In this document: one piece after another, positions 44,156 through 55,075 of the stretch | How positions within the stretch are numbered: the stretch's first letter is position 1 | How the letters are laid out: each line of letters starts with the position of its first letter | NCBI GenBank assembly: GCA_027923505.1 | Contig: BROI01000001.1 | Coordinates: forward strand, 2,852,001-2,916,000 | DNA from: Mayamaea pseudoterrestris | Lineage: Eukaryota | Direction of reading: 5' to 3' | DNA length: 64,000 nucleotides | Translations under genes and position numbers: made by a program | The notes under the pieces: model-generated | What the model was told of the DNA's origin: nothing | The model's input: only the letters and a program-made list of their open reading frames with translations | The model's database searches: none

Positions 44156-46756
44156 CTACGCAAGGAAGTATTTGGAGCCGCTTGCTGTTCGCACAACTTC
44201 TCCAGCAGCTATAGTTCCATTCGCAATTGCACTGGTGGTCACCTTTTCGCCGTCGCCAAAGTTACTGGAACCAGAGATGACACCTGTTATAGAACCATCA
44301 AAGTTCTTTCGCCATTTAGAAAGCGTCGGCATGCCAAAGGGCGCTTTATACTTCATCTTTGTCGGGGCTTGCTTTGTCGAAGAAAAGTTTTCATCGTCGT
44401 CGTCTGCCCGCAAGGCCCCAAATCCAAACAGACCTATCGTAGCGCGAGATGTGACTTGCGACAGCTTGCTAAGTATTTGTGCCTCTGTCTGCTTTTGCTT
44501 GTTTTCGAGCTTTTCTTGTTTGTTAGAAAGGCTTGCTGACTTGGTGTGTTCGGCAGCTTTGGAGCGAGTCTGTTTCGCTGCTGCTTGCTTCGCAAGTTCC
44601 TGACTACGCTGTTGTGCTCGCAACTCTTGTTGACTTTTCTCTAATGCTCGTCGCTGTGCCTCAGTTTGCTCCTTTTGCTCGGCAATTAAGTCCTTCCGTT
44701 GTTCTTCGTCTTGTTGTTTCGCAAGTGATTCCTTCCTTCTTGACTCTTCTTTCTTTAAACGAGCTGCATCAGCAGCTAGCTTTGTCTCCTCTCGTTGTTT
44801 TGACATCTTGGCTTTCGCTTCTGCTTGCTTTCGCTTTGTCTCCTCTATCTTCCGTTGTGTATCGGCGCGTTGCTGCGCCTCCAACCGCTTCCTCTCGACT
44901 ATTTGTTGCTGCTTCTCCGCTGCAGTCTTCGTCGCCGTCGATTCCCGCCGATTCTCTTCAGCAGCAGCAGCAGCAGCAGCAGCAGCTGCATTTGCAGCGA
45001 CCGTTTGTGGTCTTGTAGTTGACATAGCTTTTTTGCTGGGCGATTTGGGTCCCGGATTCGACTTTGCCATAGACAACAATGGTTCTGGCATCTTTAAGCC
45101 AGACAAAAACGAGAATTTACTCTCAGACGTTTGCTTGTTTATTTTGCTTGTTCGTGTAAGATTGGAAGAGGAGGAGGAGGAGGAGGAGAGTTCAAGCTTT
45201 GGTAGAGAAGGTAGTTTGTCTAGAAAACTTGTGGTTTGCAGCGTTTGTTCTGTCTCAGCTCCTTTGGGCTGTTGTTCAGGATTCGCTTTTATCTTCTGTA
45301 CAGGCTTTGGAGGCGACGACGATGCTTCTGACATCTTCACTTGAGGCTCTGCAACATTGGCCCTTAAAGTCGATAGCTTTTCAAACGGAGATGCTAGATC
45401 GGCAGTGAGCTTAGATGTCTGAGGTCCTCTCGCAACGTCATAATCATCTAAGCTCTTGCCGGTGAATATCCCAACGAGGCGACGTCGGACACGACCCAAA
45501 GCTCTTGGCAATGGGCGCGTCACTATTGCCGGAGTTGCTGTACCAGTCGCGTACTTGTATCCTTCCGTCCCTGCCAGCCCACCGCCGTTGCCAATGGTCG
45601 GATCGATGACTGCACCAGATGTAATCCGAGTGCAAAAGCCTTCATTATCAAACGTAAATGACATGGACTGCGGCGCTCCCTTGTATCTAAAAGCAGATGG
45701 CCGGACATCAACCCAGACGACGTTGGGATTATACGGATCTACTCGAAAATGACTAAAGCTAGGATCCACTCCATCAAATTCGATAGGTGCGTACTTTTCG
45801 AGAAAGTTCTTTCTACGCACTGGCCCAAGAGTTGGCGTCACGTAGGTAAAGCTTTTGGCCAGCAGTGAATAGTCTTCAGATGCCATGTTGGCGGCTAATA
45901 TACCCTTGGCGAGCTGGACCATGACAGTCTCTGGAAACGGCGCCAGAAATGTCTTTGGCTCGGGCAATTGCTTCACGGGGCGACCAAAAAACCTTTTTAA
46001 CACCGTCGTTGCTGGATATAGCTCCCACTCCGACACTGACTTTCCGCCCACCATTGCGGCAGCAATGACTCCAGTCGTTCCAGCGGTATTGCCCACTAAG
46101 CGATCGAGCACAAACCCCGATGTGATTTTCAACACCTTGCCGGAACTAAAATCGAATGTCATAGTGACTGCTTCCGGCGGACACTTCATCGTTTTGCCTG
46201 TTGGCGGCAATACTTCTCCACGAAGTCGTAGCTCTCCCCGCATCGTTCCCGTCACACGACAGGTAAGTCGAACCGTTGCTGAATCTTCCTCGTCGAGGCG
46301 AAAGTCGTGTGCTCGATAGTCGAGGTCTGAAAAGGCTGATCTTAAATCGAAGAAGCGGCCTGCTGCGAGGTAATCAGTTTTTCCCAAAGGCTCATCGACA
46401 ACAGGGCCAAACCATTGAAACCTTTCATCCAGCAATCCAGGACTTCTTATGCCCATGTCGGCAGAAACGATCCTTTTGGCTTGTCGAAAGAGGCCTGACG
46501 GGCTTGGGTCAAATTCTTCATCATCATCATTCAACGACTGTGCGGTGATAATCGTATCAGCAGTCCTGAAGGCTCCAAACGGATTTGGGAGCTCTGGTAG
46601 TCTGTCGAGAAAGGACAGCAGTTGCTGCGACTTGGCGTTTTGAACATGCGACCGAGCATGCGCCGTGTTCTTCGTCTGCGTCGAAGACGAGGACAAGAAT
46701 GCGCCTGTCAACCCCAGTCCGCAAAATAATACGAAAGCCCTTAACTCGAGGCGCAT
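44156..46756 (-). CDS. Uncharacterised plastid-targeted protein: two SnoaL/NTF2-like domains, low-complexity coiled coil, small C-terminal beta domain
   Basis: Signal + 'TGAFLS'; duplicated 'P..EPLGK.DYL...HDFRLD' / 'P.LGPV....FL...HFRVDP' domains; K/E/Q/A-rich coil; C-terminal 'LSKWRKNFDGSITGVISGS...TASGSKYFL'. Confidence 0.7.
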   Translation of the reverse strand: MRLELRAFVLFCGLGLTGAFLSSSSTQTKNTAHARSHVQNAKSQQLLSFLDRLPELPNPFGAFRTADTIITAQSLNDDDEEFDPSPSGLFRQAKRIVSADMGIRSPGLLDERFQWFGPVVDEPLGKTDYLAAGRFFDLRSAFSDLDYRAHDFRLDEEDSATVRLTCRVTGTMRGELRLRGEVLPPTGKTMKCPPEAVTMTFDFSSGKVLKITSGFVLDRLVGNTAGTTGVIAAAMVGGKSVSEWELYPATTVLKRFFGRPVKQLPEPKTFLAPFPETVMVQLAKGILAANMASEDYSLLAKSFTYVTPTLGPVRRKNFLEKYAPIEFDGVDPSFSHFRVDPYNPNVVWVDVRPSAFRYKGAPQSMSFTFDNEGFCTRITSGAVIDPTIGNGGGLAGTEGYKYATGTATPAIVTRPLPRALGRVRRRLVGIFTGKSLDDYDVARGPQTSKLTADLASPFEKLSTLRANVAEPQVKMSEASSSPPKPVQKIKANPEQQPKGAETEQTLQTTSFLDKLPSLPKLELSSSSSSSSNLTRTSKINKQTSESKFSFLSGLKMPEPLLSMAKSNPGPKSPSKKAMSTTRPQTVAANAAAAAAAAAAEENRRESTATKTAAEKQQQIVERKRLEAQQRADTQRKIEETKRKQAEAKAKMSKQREETKLAADAARLKKEESRRKESLAKQQDEEQRKDLIAEQKEQTEAQRRALEKSQQELRAQQRSQELAKQAAAKQTRSKAAEHTKSASLSNKQEKLENKQKQTEAQILSKLSQVTSRATIGLFGFGALRADDDDENFSSTKQAPTKMKYKAPFGMPTLSKWRKNFDGSITGVISGSSNFGDGEKVTTSAIANGTIAAGEVVRTASGSKYFLA
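44959..44985. repeat. (CAG)9 microsatellite encoding poly-Ala on the minus strand
   Basis: Direct reading of the sequence; it lies inside CDS 44156-46756. Confidence 0.9.
45168..45188. repeat. (GAG)7 microsatellite encoding poly-Ser on the minus strand
   Basis: Direct reading of the sequence; it lies inside CDS 44156-46756. Confidence 0.9.
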
Positions 46757-47030
46757 GCTAAACTGCAAGTTATGCAGAGTATGAAAGCTTGCAGTATTAC
46801 TCGCCCCATCGAAGGAAGGAAGATTTGGGAGAGAAACTGCAACGAGAGAAAATCCTCGCCGCCGCGACGGATGACGTGTCCTAACATCGTATCGGGACTC
46901 AAGCTATCGTGCTAATACGTAAACTCACTGTTGTCGATTGCCTTGACCGCGAACAGAATTTCTGCTGAAGCCGCAAAGCCTTAGCAGCTACTATGATACA
47001 CAGCCTTATTCTAAAACAGGTAACCGTCGA

Positions 47031-48548
47031 CTATCTCCAATCGACTGGGATGACGATAGCGCCGTCATCCGCTAAATGACAAAAAGCTCCACTACTTGCC
47101 ACCCCAAGAGCATTGCCAGTCAAGCCTGATTTAAGCATATTCTTTTGTTCATCTTCTTGGGCCATGACAATACGCGACAAACAGTCAACAAAATCTGACT
47201 CATGTACTGTTCGGTTTTTGTAAATGCGTTCGACACCAAGCTCCCACTGGATGCGACGTATAGTATCCGCACACTGCTCTCGCTCCTTTTGCGCAACAGT
47301 TTCTTGATCGCGAGCTCGTATGCAAAACTTGGCAGCTGCAGCTGTCACTTCTCTGGTATCCATTCCTGCACCAAGTCGTATCGAGCCTTCTCGGGTAACC
47401 ATGGGACGTCGACAGACATATTCGGATTCGACGGTGGCTGTCAAGGGCGTCATGGCCAAGCTCTTGTTTTCCCGGTTATTGTCTAATTTATAACTTGCAA
47501 GCTCTACTTCAGCAGAGCATATGGAGCACAAAAACTCGTAGTAGTCTCGGCTACTACAGGAGTAACCTTTTTTGAAACTGAGATGATATAAGCTCTGCGC
47601 TCGCTTGGCCAAGCCAACAATCTCGGCCCGATAATAATGGACAGCGTCAATCGATTCCTCCGTCACGAGCTGGAGCTTCTCCAGCCACTGCAACTTGGTC
47701 AATGAAGGGTTCAGTCTCAAGACCCCGCCGTGTAAATCGAGTGCGGCATGAAAATCGTCGGACGTAAAGAGCAATTGAATCGGATAAAATGATTGTACAT
47801 GTAGCTTGCTCGAAAACTCTTCGTAAAGTGCCAATAGCTGGTTTAATAACACAGCAACTGATGCGGATGACCAACCAAGGGACGTTGCATCGACCGACTG
47901 AAACTGAAAAACGGAGCGAACTTGCATGGCAGCTGCCTGTGCATCGGTCCGATCAAGGCGACGTTCCTGAATGGTATTTTGGGAGAGTGTCGAAAGAAAC
48001 TGCTGCAAGTCGCGACCTTGCCGAGACCGAATGTCGTATTGATGATTTATTCCAGCCGAAGACGAGGCTGCGTTGTGGCATTGATGCTGGGAATTGCGTT
48101 GTCGATTACTGTGGAACTTGCTGTTGTTTGACTCGTCCTTTTGGAGTCCATCTTCATCTAATTTAGTCAATGACGGTAATGAGTATGCCCCAATTAGTCC
48201 AAGAGACTCAGTTATATTCTTTAGAATATCTTGAACGGAACCTCCCAATGGTAGACGAGTTTGCAAAAATGTTCCGTCGCGTCGTTCAAGTCTGTAGACA
48301 ATCGATGATGTACTTTGCGACAGGCCTTTGCTATTTGCACTTTTAATCTTGTTTCCTTGACACTTGTGTTGCTGCCAGGCTATGAAATCAGGCTCAACCA
48401 ATCGGTCTGCCAAGGCTTTGACGACACTGGCTTGATCGCGCCGCATGGCTGCCGACTCATTTCGAAAGCGATCCGGATGGACGCGCAGGAGAAAGGCACG
48501 CCGAAGTTTCGACAGATAGACGGAACGCGACATGGATGCTACTGCCAT
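47031..48548 (-). CDS. TCAIM-like mitochondrial J-domain-related protein (DUF4460/DUF4461)
   Basis: N-terminal 'LRRAFLLRVHPDRF' and C-terminal 'DDGAIVIPVDW' match the TCAIM family layout. Confidence 0.72.
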   Translation of the reverse strand: MAVASMSRSVYLSKLRRAFLLRVHPDRFRNESAAMRRDQASVVKALADRLVEPDFIAWQQHKCQGNKIKSANSKGLSQSTSSIVYRLERRDGTFLQTRLPLGGSVQDILKNITESLGLIGAYSLPSLTKLDEDGLQKDESNNSKFHSNRQRNSQHQCHNAASSSAGINHQYDIRSRQGRDLQQFLSTLSQNTIQERRLDRTDAQAAAMQVRSVFQFQSVDATSLGWSSASVAVLLNQLLALYEEFSSKLHVQSFYPIQLLFTSDDFHAALDLHGGVLRLNPSLTKLQWLEKLQLVTEESIDAVHYYRAEIVGLAKRAQSLYHLSFKKGYSCSSRDYYEFLCSICSAEVELASYKLDNNRENKSLAMTPLTATVESEYVCRRPMVTREGSIRLGAGMDTREVTAAAAKFCIRARDQETVAQKEREQCADTIRRIQWELGVERIYKNRTVHESDFVDCLSRIVMAQEDEQKNMLKSGLTGNALGVASSGAFCHLADDGAIVIPVDWR

Positions 48549-49033
48549 GACTGTATTGTACTGTTTTAAAAGTAGTTAATGTCTGCATAGATGATCATGT
48601 ATCATGTTGCTATTGCTTGCACCCTTTTGTTGCTGTCGTTCGTGATCCGTGTCGATGAGTTTTCATTAGCCGGTTTGAACCTCATTATTGCCCTGCTGAC
48701 GCAGTTTTCACTTATGCCATATTTTATTAACGCTGCGACACGATTGCCTTGCACGAACTAACAGTAACATCATACATGCATTCATCCACAAACCACTCTC
48801 TCGCTGTTCATGAACCTTCGACATGTTCCTTGAATAGCGTTAAAACTAGTGCTTGTATTGCTTTATAACTGATATTAGAAGAGTTTCGACGGAACAGTCA
48901 CGAGCAAAGTGTCCGGCGACTAGAAGGGGTCTCGTAGTGACAGGTGGTGACACTTTCTAGCACTCGGTCAGAGACTCCCAGCCACCCTTTGCTCTACTTT
49001 GCCGCAAGATATTGCAATAGATAATTGACCGCA

Positions 49034-50539
49034 ATGGGTTTCTTTGCTCAGATTGGAAGCTCAGCTCTTTTATTTTGCCTTGTTTTTGGCATGTCGGCGA
49101 CTGTCGAGCCCAAGCAGCTCCGCAAACAGATTCAGAATCGCAAGGCGCTGGCAATTGGCATGGCGCTACAATTTATTATACTCCCTTTTTGCGGATTTGT
49201 CGTGGTCAAGTGTCTTTCACTTCCAGCGACAATGGGCGTTACTCTTATGGTCGTTACCTCAAGTCCTGGAGGAAGTTACTCGAATTGGTGGTGCAGTCTG
49301 TTTAATGCAGAGCTTGCACTGTCCGTTACAATGACTGCCATTTCGACGCTGCTTTCGGCTGTCATGCTTCCAGCAAATCTGCTGCTTTATACACATTGGA
49401 CATATTCGGAGGATGTGGTCAAATCTCTAGACTGGTTTGCACTATTTTTAGAGCTTGTTGTTGTGATTGGAGGCATTTCTTGCGGACTGCTCACGTCGGC
49501 ACGAGCAAAAACAATTGGAAACGAAGCACTCTTCCATCGACGTGCCAATTTGTGTGGAAATGTTGCTGGGCTTGCGCTGATCACATTGAGTATATCGTTG
49601 AATGCAACTGGTTCCGATACGCAAGCGTCTTTGTGGAACCAATCGGCCGTCTTTTATATCGGAGTGGCGTTGCCGGCTTTTATGGGAGTTATGATTGCAA
49701 CTTATTTGGCGACCAAGGCGGATTTGGAAAAACCAGAGTGCGTGGCTGTTGCAGTAGAGGCTTGTTACCAAAACACCGGCATTGCAACGTCGGTTGCCAT
49801 TAGCATGTTTGCCGGGAACCAGCAAGATCTTGCGACGGCGATCGGAGTTCCTTTATATTACGGCATCGTGGAGGCAGTCATGCTGGCTTTCTACTGCACA
49901 ATCTGTTGGCGAAAAGGGTGGACCAAGGCACCACCGAGCGAGAACTTTTTCGTCATGCTGTGGAATTCTTACGAAGTAGAAGAGCTCGAAATCGAGCAGC
50001 AAGAGGATTCCAATGAAACAGTCATAGATGAGGAAAATTTTAAACAAACGCCTCATGATCTAGTTTTTGAGCAAGCGCAAGACGGGTCAACTTCGGTGAG
50101 TAAAGTTGCAACGACGAGTATTAAGAAATCAGCTATCGAAAAGGCACGGCGACCCAAGACCCCCGGATCTGGGTTGATAACGGACGGAACGGATAGCAAT
50201 TACGAAGAGATAAATATGACTGCGAGTAGTCGACGTCTTCGAAATCGACAATACAACTCAGCACCAGACTCAGGGACCGTCGCATCCACGATTGATGGCG
50301 AGGACTTGACCAGTCGAGGATCACAAGAGGACGATGGCGAGCTAAACGAGAGTCGATTGCAAAAGGCCACTCATAGAATACGCCGCCATATACAAGGCTA
50401 CCGGCAACCACCCACAGAGCCAACTTCCCGACAATCTATCGTGCCTAGTGTACTGGAAGAGTTGGAGATTCCTGTTATACATTACCATGCACCTCAGAGC
50501 GATGAGCCCGAGCGTGACATTAGCAAGGCAATCGATTAG
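49034..50539 (+). CDS. Bile acid:sodium symporter family (SBF/SLC10) transporter with long hydrophilic tail
   Basis: 'LQFIILPF', 'SSPGGSYSN', 'LALSVTMTAIST', 'EACYQNTGIA' and 'VPLYYG'; multiple TM helices. Confidence 0.88.
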   Translation: MGFFAQIGSSALLFCLVFGMSATVEPKQLRKQIQNRKALAIGMALQFIILPFCGFVVVKCLSLPATMGVTLMVVTSSPGGSYSNWWCSLFNAELALSVTMTAISTLLSAVMLPANLLLYTHWTYSEDVVKSLDWFALFLELVVVIGGISCGLLTSARAKTIGNEALFHRRANLCGNVAGLALITLSISLNATGSDTQASLWNQSAVFYIGVALPAFMGVMIATYLATKADLEKPECVAVAVEACYQNTGIATSVAISMFAGNQQDLATAIGVPLYYGIVEAVMLAFYCTICWRKGWTKAPPSENFFVMLWNSYEVEELEIEQQEDSNETVIDEENFKQTPHDLVFEQAQDGSTSVSKVATTSIKKSAIEKARRPKTPGSGLITDGTDSNYEEINMTASSRRLRNRQYNSAPDSGTVASTIDGEDLTSRGSQEDDGELNESRLQKATHRIRRHIQGYRQPPTEPTSRQSIVPSVLEELEIPVIHYHAPQSDEPERDISKAID

Positions 50540-51004
50540 TAATGGTCCATACCACCGCATTGCATGCGGCCAGCAATGGACACATACACCACGTTGTATA
50601 GATTTCTGGGCAGGGTAGGAGCAGTAGCTGTTGCGGGAGAGATAGCTTAACAAACTTGTCAAAGAACGACTACCGGTAGTTCCGCGCCCAGCTAAAGTGA
50701 GAGGACACCTGCCCGGCGAGTAGTGAGTAACCTTTCGTTTTACAATAACATATCGCTCAGTTTATTTATATATGCTGTTGTCGTGCGCACGAATCCAACC
50801 TGAATTGCAAGGAAAGCTATCATTTTACTTGTACGATGATGATAGTTAACAGCCAAAGTAATGCGTATCTTATCGGTACTCATTCTCCAAGGATCGACCA
50901 GCCTTCTGTTGCACCTGTTGGCGCACCATTGTTGATGCAGCGATGACATGGATGCATGACCAGCGAAAGTCAACGCTATAACACCTAACAACCCGAACGC
51001 AAGA

Positions 51005-52281
51005 ATGCTAGCCATACTCTTGTTGTTAGCAAATACTCATTTCATATTCGCTTGGACGACGATTGCAGTTTGTAATCAAAACCATGTACGATTGCATCGA
51101 TGGCCAAAGAAGCTTCGTGCAACAACAGCAAGCAGATCGGAAGATGCACATCTCGCCTCACTAAAAGCTGAGTTGGAGAAATATTTGGAAGTGAGAAAGA
51201 AAGCTGACATTGAGGGTCAGAATGTCGGTAAAGGGTAAGCTAGTTCTTGGTGTGTTATTATAGCACGTTGTGCGGGATCGTCGAAACTGGTGGTGCCACA
51301 GAACAATCTAACACTCACTCACGACAACACTCACACCATCATCTCTTCATGCACAGAAGCAGCCAAACAAGGACTGTTGGAGGCACCAAAGGAAATCTTA
51401 TATTGGAGTACATCAGTGGCGCGCCAAATGTGGAACAAATCGTCGAGGAAGATCCGAACGATATCTTTTGCTATGCTGAGCTGGAAAAGTACGACTTTAC
51501 AAGTTTGGTAGCTCCCATTATGGAGAATGGCGGACGTCTTGCCATGTATGAACTACTGGGACTACCGATTCCAAACATTATCATTAAACCGGAGAGTCCG
51601 CAAAGATCGAGTGAGTTAATTATCGACAAACGAGGCGAGACGGACGCAGGTCGGTACTCTGGACTCAAAATGGGACTTCTCGATGACTCGGCCATGGCTG
51701 ATGCCTTGCAGCAAGCACAGAGAAAGCAAAAGGATGGAGTACCGCTGCGTGCAACGATTGAGGAGGAGCGATACGTGGCGTCCTACAGAAGTAAGCGCAA
51801 CGTTGGACCACGAATGACTCCCGACTGGACGGCGCAGCGAATCGATGATGAGCTAAATCGACAAGGCGACGCCATTTCTTGGGCGCGAAATGCTCGAGAT
51901 GATCAATTGATGATTGACGATGCGGAGTCGCTTGACTTGGGTGTATTGCAGCAAGTTTACTCAGTCGCGACGGCTATTTTGATTTCAATGTCGTTTGGAA
52001 AGGCCACGCCAGCTTTTTTGACCATGCTTGGAGTCGATGGAGCGAGCTACCAAACAAGTCAAATTCTGGACGTCCTAAAGATCCCTGCAGTTGGTTTACT
52101 TGCAGCGTCGTTGGCATCTTCCGTTCTTTGCAGCCTCAAGGCACCGGAGAAGAAGCGGAATCCCATCATTTGGACGTTTCGAGGCTTACTTGGTGGCCCA
52201 TTGACGATTGGACAGCTGCAGCAGCTCCCACAGCTTCTGACCAGAGCAGAATTGACCAAGCAGCGGCGCGAGCAGTCGTAG
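51005..52281 (+). CDS. Uncharacterised plastid-targeted membrane protein; exons 51005-51234 and 51357-52281
   Basis: Signal peptide ending FA|W and a basic transit region. Intron 51235-51356 (GG|GTAAGC...GCACAG) joins the two ORFs; C-terminal hydrophobic helices. Confidence 0.7.
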
Positions 52282-52739
52282 CAAGTGTTAAATATATAAT
52301 ACATAGAGTGACTGTAAGTAGATCAAAGGCATACGTTCGAACTGTCAGGGTTAGGGTTCGGCTTAGAACGAATCGAAACGCCGCTGCGTAAAGACTTGCT
52401 TCTAGTAATGTACAATATAAAGATGAGTGACGTAAACTGCGCGTTTATCTATCGGTTTAGTCGGTCAATGAGTCAAAAAGAGTAAATGAAGACGAGCGAG
52501 CTGTCTATGTACAGAATCGTGAGCTCGTCGTCAACGCTGCGCTTGCAAGCATGTTCAATTGGGAAATGCAAGCGCAGGTAGATGTGTTTATGTTCAATAT
52601 GTGGGAATGTTGTTTGGTATATACACTTGAAACGCTGGTTGAAGCGATGAAAGTACATTATGTTCAGGGTGAAGACGAGCATTGATTGGAGTGGGACCGC
52701 ACTGGAATCGAATGTCGTCAAATCTTGCAAGTATGTAGC

Positions 52740-53144
52740 TTATGCTGACTGTGCCGTTGTGCTTAGTCGAGAGAACTGGCATGTAACGCGAGTTAAAGAG
52801 GACATGTCATTATTGTCCATGTGATGTATCTTGCCTGCTGAGAGGATCGCGTCAAAGTTAAGAAACTCGTCGTCATCCTCCAGATCGTCGAATGGAAGAG
52901 AAGCCTCAAGTGCCGCCGTTGCCGGAGTACTGATGAAACACACTTCAGGCATGCACATGAGTCGAGGACGCTTGTACATCAAGTCGTTGAGTGACCCGCA
53001 GGAGGAATCACTTTCACTCTCGCTCTCACTGGATGTAGAGCAGCAGGAGGAATCGGAGCCGCTTATCTTATGCATCTTGTATGAGGCTGTTGACTCGGAC
53101 AAGCCTGAGAGATCTTTGCAAGGCATGGAGCGTTTTAGATTCAT
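52740..53144 (-). CDS. Small Ser/acidic low-complexity hypothetical protein
   Basis: 134-aa ORF with an ATG in A-rich context (ACAATCATG) in an otherwise empty interval; no recognisable domain. Confidence 0.5.
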   Translation of the reverse strand: MNLKRSMPCKDLSGLSESTASYKMHKISGSDSSCCSTSSESESESDSSCGSLNDLMYKRPRLMCMPEVCFISTPATAALEASLPFDDLEDDDEFLNFDAILSAGKIHHMDNNDMSSLTRVTCQFSRLSTTAQSA

Positions 53145-54117
53145 GATTGTTGTATATTTATTTATTTGGTTTGTGAAGCTTGTATGATGTGCCGGGAGGT
53201 GAAGTGCTCACAAACAACTGGCGTGCCATTCAAGCGGAAAGTCGGCGAAACTGTTCCCAGAGAAGTTCTGTTTTGGTCACAAATCTGACTGTGTGTCATC
53301 GTGCGTCATGCAACCTGAGTCGATCTCGGAAACACAAACGCATTTGACGACTAACAGAATATAACCCCTCGATACGTCTATTTGCGTGCGAGTACCGATT
53401 CGAAATTATACTCTAATAATTATAGTCACATGGAAAAGTAGAAAACAGGTGGTTGTTCCTCGCCAGGGATATAATTGAAGTGTAAAGTTTGAGTGTACTA
53501 AAACAGCTGACATGTTTTTGCGCACGAGAGAAGGTCTGTTCTTTGTTGCACAGATCATTATCTCTGGAATAGAATAAACTTGAGGGCACTAGTTGTAATT
53601 TCGGGAGAACAAAAGAGAAGCAGTGACGACCGATATAATTGCACCAGTGGGAACGCCGCTTGGGCCTTCAACTCATCTCACAAAGTTGCTCCGAATCATG
53701 GCGAGTCTTGGATTGCGGCCAATAACTATGAGTTAACATTGCAACAGCGGGTACAAATCATGGTTTGTTTGCACATCATAATAATGACCATTGGCTACAT
53801 GTAATGTGTGATGTTAACACAGTTCAGACAAGATGATGCTCAACATGTAATGTATGATGTTAAACGCACTTCAGGTAGCTTCATGTCTTTTTAAAGCTGC
53901 TGCACTTTGTTTGGCGCGCGAGCGCGCAAGTGTGACTGCGATGATGACGTGTTTCCGTATAGAATGATGCTGTTCAAGACCACGTCGTCTGCTCGACGAG
54001 CGCCATGGGCATGGCCGCGGAAAGCGTGTTGCAGGCATGTTGATCTCGTTTTACCCGCCTTGTCCACAGTTTTTGTCGAGGCAACGAAAGCCACGATAGG
54101 GCGACTGCCACTAAGCA

Positions 54118-54851
54118 ATGATCCGTTTCGTTCTCGCACTTCTTTGTCTCACGGGCGCAGCGTCGGCATTCGTTCAAAATAGCCTCCCGGCAAGCAGAGT
54201 TTCCAAGACGCTGGCCTTTGAATACATTCCTGCAGGTACGACGCCATCGAATTGGTTGTGAATGTCGTTTTGTGAAGGTCATCACATTGATAGTTCAAAA
54301 AAGGAATTAAATGCACTCATAACGCAAAATCGTTCATCATTTCAGGATTCACAAAAGATTCCTGGAAAGCTTTCAAGGCGAAGGAAAAGTCGCAGCAACA
54401 AACGAAAAACCTTGGAGGCGTTGGTCCTCGTGGTTTCAAGTCGCGCAGCTTTCAATCGTTTCAGGAAGCACTCGAGCGAGGCGAAACGACGCACCTCTTG
54501 CCCGTCTTTAACGCCAAGGAAAAGCTAGCCAAAGGTCTCATCAAGGAGGAAGATGTTCCATACATGCAGCGTGGCGGTAATTGGGACAACTCTGATGTAA
54601 AGGGTGCTAAGAAGGCCAAGTGGCTGTCCAGTGACAAGGAGTACAGCCAGGGTGGTTTTAAGAAGACACAATCTGTCAGCATTTTTGGTGGAGACGCTTT
54701 GGACTGGACAGGGCAGCGACAACGGGCTGGACCGGAATCAGCCATGGGAGCACCATCCAAATTTAAGAAGAATTACAAGCCACCGAACGTTAATACCATG
54801 AAAGGCGTTGACACGTCGGAGCCAAAAAAGAAGCTATTCGGTCTTTTCTAA
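54118..54851 (+). CDS. Small basic plastid-targeted protein of unknown function; exons 54118-54235 and 54346-54851
   Basis: Exon 1 encodes MIRFVLALLCLTGAASAFVQ... (ASAF motif). Intron 54236-54345 (CAG|GTACGA...TTTCAG) leads in frame into GFTKDSWKAFK...GPRGFKSRSFQSFQEALERGE...VPYMQRGGNWDNSD. Confidence 0.82.
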
Positions 54852-55075
54852 TCTCATTCTGTCCTACTTCGCTGTTTGCGAAATTTATGAGGTCGAACCG
54901 TACGTGTATGTCAAATTTTTTAAATCATTCTACTAGTTTTCGCTGAGCAAGTTCTCGTATGTTTTTTAAAAGAGTCATCGATAGGCAATTGCAGAAGACC
55001 ACTACAGCCAATAGTTTATAACAAACCTACCGGTAGAAGCTTGTACAACTAGCGTCCATCACCCCAACCCTTTTG

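Noticed and set aside
52347..52358. Telomere-like AGGGTTAGGGTT
   Set aside because: Only two units; compatible with chance.
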